Below, in pieces: positions 30,884 through 33,009 of a stretch of DNA of 33,009 nt (position 1 is its first letter; the number at the start of each line of letters is the position of its first letter). The notes under the pieces were generated by a model. The model was not told the DNA's origin, did no database searches, and was given only the letters and a program-made list of their open reading frames with translations. The stretch comes from Octopus sinensis. Lineage: Eukaryota. The stretch is from NCBI RefSeq assembly GCF_006345805.1, contig NW_021832069.1, positions 1 through 33,009 of the forward strand, written 5' to 3'. The translations under genes and the position numbers were made by a program.

Positions 30884-31295
30884 GGATCTTTTCGGTTTGA
30901 ACGGCAGTTTTTTCTAGCGGTGTTATATGAAATTGTCACCCATAATTATGACCCTAGTATCGATCTATTGCATTTCAATCTGTTTTAGGGTTAGGGGTTG
31001 GGGGAAGGGTATCTTTTTTTCTTCACAAATGTAAATAAACCCAATCTGTTTCTTAAACGAGGGACATATTCATACGGCACAGAATGTTTTTTTTACCTCA
31101 ACAGACGTCAGTGATTGGTTGAAATTGCAGAAATTGAAGACAAAAACAACAAATATCTTACAAACTATAGAATTTTCTCAATAAAGCCAAGAGAAAAAGA
31201 TGTTTTATAAATACATTCTACCAGTATACGAAGTTTAAAATTTTTTAGTTACCTAGAAATTATGTTAAAAACTACCGTTCAAACCAAAAAGATCC
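30884..31295 (+). mobile_element. MITE family A copy 7 (412 bp)
   Basis: TIRs (right end with 2 changes); perfect 8-bp TSD CCCGATGA at 30876-83 and 31296-303. Confidence 0.95.
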
Positions 31296-31656
31296 CCCGA
31301 TGACAAACTCTGTAAACTGTAAAGGTATTTTGATGTGCTTATTTTAAATGTGCTATAAATCCATGATGGTGATCACCCGTTCTTGGTGGTCCCTCATATA
31401 CGTATGCAATAACATTTATGGGGAGAATATTTTTATCACCGAGAAAAATGAGTGGGTGCTACTTTAGCGTATGTTCTACTGCAGTCTCATAGTGTATGCC
31501 GTGAAAGGATCTGACCTTGGCTAGGATTAGGGTTAGGATTTAGGTTTAAGGTTAGAACGCATACTAAAGTGTAAATGGCCAAATATGCTGCTCAGAAAAA
31601 TGTCCTGGCATTTACCGTGCAGCAGTGGTCCTAAGATCAATATTTAAATTAACGAT

Positions 31657-31687
<31 letters not shown>

Positions 31688-31690
<3 letters not shown>

Positions 31691-31860
31691 TCTTTTACTC
31701 TTTTACCTGTTTCAGTCATTTGACTGCGGCCATGCTGGAGCACCGCCTTTAGTCGAGCAAATCGACCCCAGAACTTATTCTTTGTAAGCCTGGTACTTAT
31801 TCTATCGGTTTCTTTTACCGAACCGCTAAGTTACGGGACGTGAACATACTAGCATCGGTT
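31688..31860 (-). mobile_element. S1 SINE 3' portion
   Basis: (CTCTTTTA)2 tail then reverse S1 3' half. Confidence 0.88.
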
Positions 31861-31921
31861 ATTTTTGCCAGCTGAGCGGATTGGAGCAACATGAAATAAA
31901 GTGTCTTGCTCAAGGACACAC

Positions 31922-32075
31922 AGGAGGCTAAACATAGAGGGGACAAACAAGGACAAAGGGATTAAGTTGATTACATCGACCCCAGTGCGTAACTGCTACT
32001 TATTTAATCGACCCCGAAAGGATGAAAGGCAAAGTTAACTTTCGCGGAATTTAAACCCAGAATGTGCAGACGGAC
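31922..32075 (-). mobile_element. Partial S2 SINE
   Basis: GCTAAACATAGAGGGGACAAAC..ATCGACCCCGAAAGGATGAAAGGC. Confidence 0.8.
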
Positions 32076-32083
32076 TAGATACC

Positions 32084-32301
32084 TATTTCTTTACTACCCA
32101 CTAGGGGGCTAAGCACAGAGAGGACAAACGGATTAAGCCGGTTACATCGACCCCTGTGCGTAACTGGTACTTATTTAATCGACCCCGAAAGGATGAAGGG
32201 CAAAGTCGACCTCGGCGGAATTTGAACTCTGAACGTAGCGGCAGACGAAATACGGCTAAGCATTTCGCCCGGTGTGCTAACGGTTCTGCCAGCTCGCCGC
32301 C
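32084..32301 (-). mobile_element. Near full-length S2 SINE
   Basis: Matches 13199-13428. Confidence 0.9.
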
Positions 32302-33009
32302 TTTGTTCCAAGAATTATGATTAATCATAATTTTTTTCCAAGACGCGACTAATCTTTCCTCTCGTTGGCTACATACATTCTTATATTATCAACTCATTAA
32401 TTGTAAATCGAATTTTTTTTAATTTAATTTTTTTTTTAATCCTTAAAATAATCCCCAACCATTTCTCCCCCACCCCCCACCCCCCACCGTTTTCTTTCAT
32501 TCTTTTGTTTTGTTTTTTTTTTTTCTTTTTGCTATATTTTGAAATATTGTTTTCAAACGATCAATCATCGTTGAAGGTTTCATTTCTTCATTTAAGAGAG
32601 CTTCTTTTGCTTTTTTCGAATCTTTCCTTCACACAATAAACACATTGGTAACTGCTTAGTGGTTTCAACGAATTCCATATTTAAAAAAAAAAAAAAAATA
32701 TATGGACTCGTGTCAATATTTACACAAGTATCGACGACACTTTTCCTCTTTCACTTCTTTTCACAGAACTAACCACAATATCAATATTTAGAAACACACA
32801 AAAAACTACTTTCATCTTAGTTTATAAAATAGTAACGTGGAAAAACAAAAACAGAACAAAACTAAAGCAAAACTAAAAAGCAACTAGCCATAAAATGAAT
32901 GCTGTATAAAATAAATTTTAAAATAATTTCTTTCATACTGAATTCAATGTATGATTGATTACTATAATATACTTAGTTAATTACGAGGCAGACCTGAAGT
33001 GCCGAAAGT

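Overview
Repeat-saturated, AT-rich animal genomic DNA. The SINE families, microsatellite load and TTAGGG tracts resemble octopus (cephalopod) DNA; this is inference, not a database result. No complete gene is visible, and nearly all supplied ORFs are microsatellite translation artefacts. The window contains many tRNA-derived SINEs of several modular families, 3' fragments of three RTE-like LINEs and one R4/Dong-like LINE, mariner fragments, Tc1/mariner and hAT MITEs, foldback elements, mini/microsatellites, one CpG-rich promoter-like island and one candidate internal exon. Two things stand out. (1) At least six type I hammerhead-ribozyme-like motifs from several unrelated short elements, mostly next to (TA)n/(CATA)n tracts; one has a fully canonical core (9292-9326). 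(2) Two GG..CC-terminated MITE families with 8(-9)-bp target duplications (Merlin/IS1016-like by inference), both carrying internal telomere-type (TTAGGG)n tracts; one has seven copies packed into 10.7 kb, including a foldback recombinant. Family labels S1-S4, A and B are my own working names.
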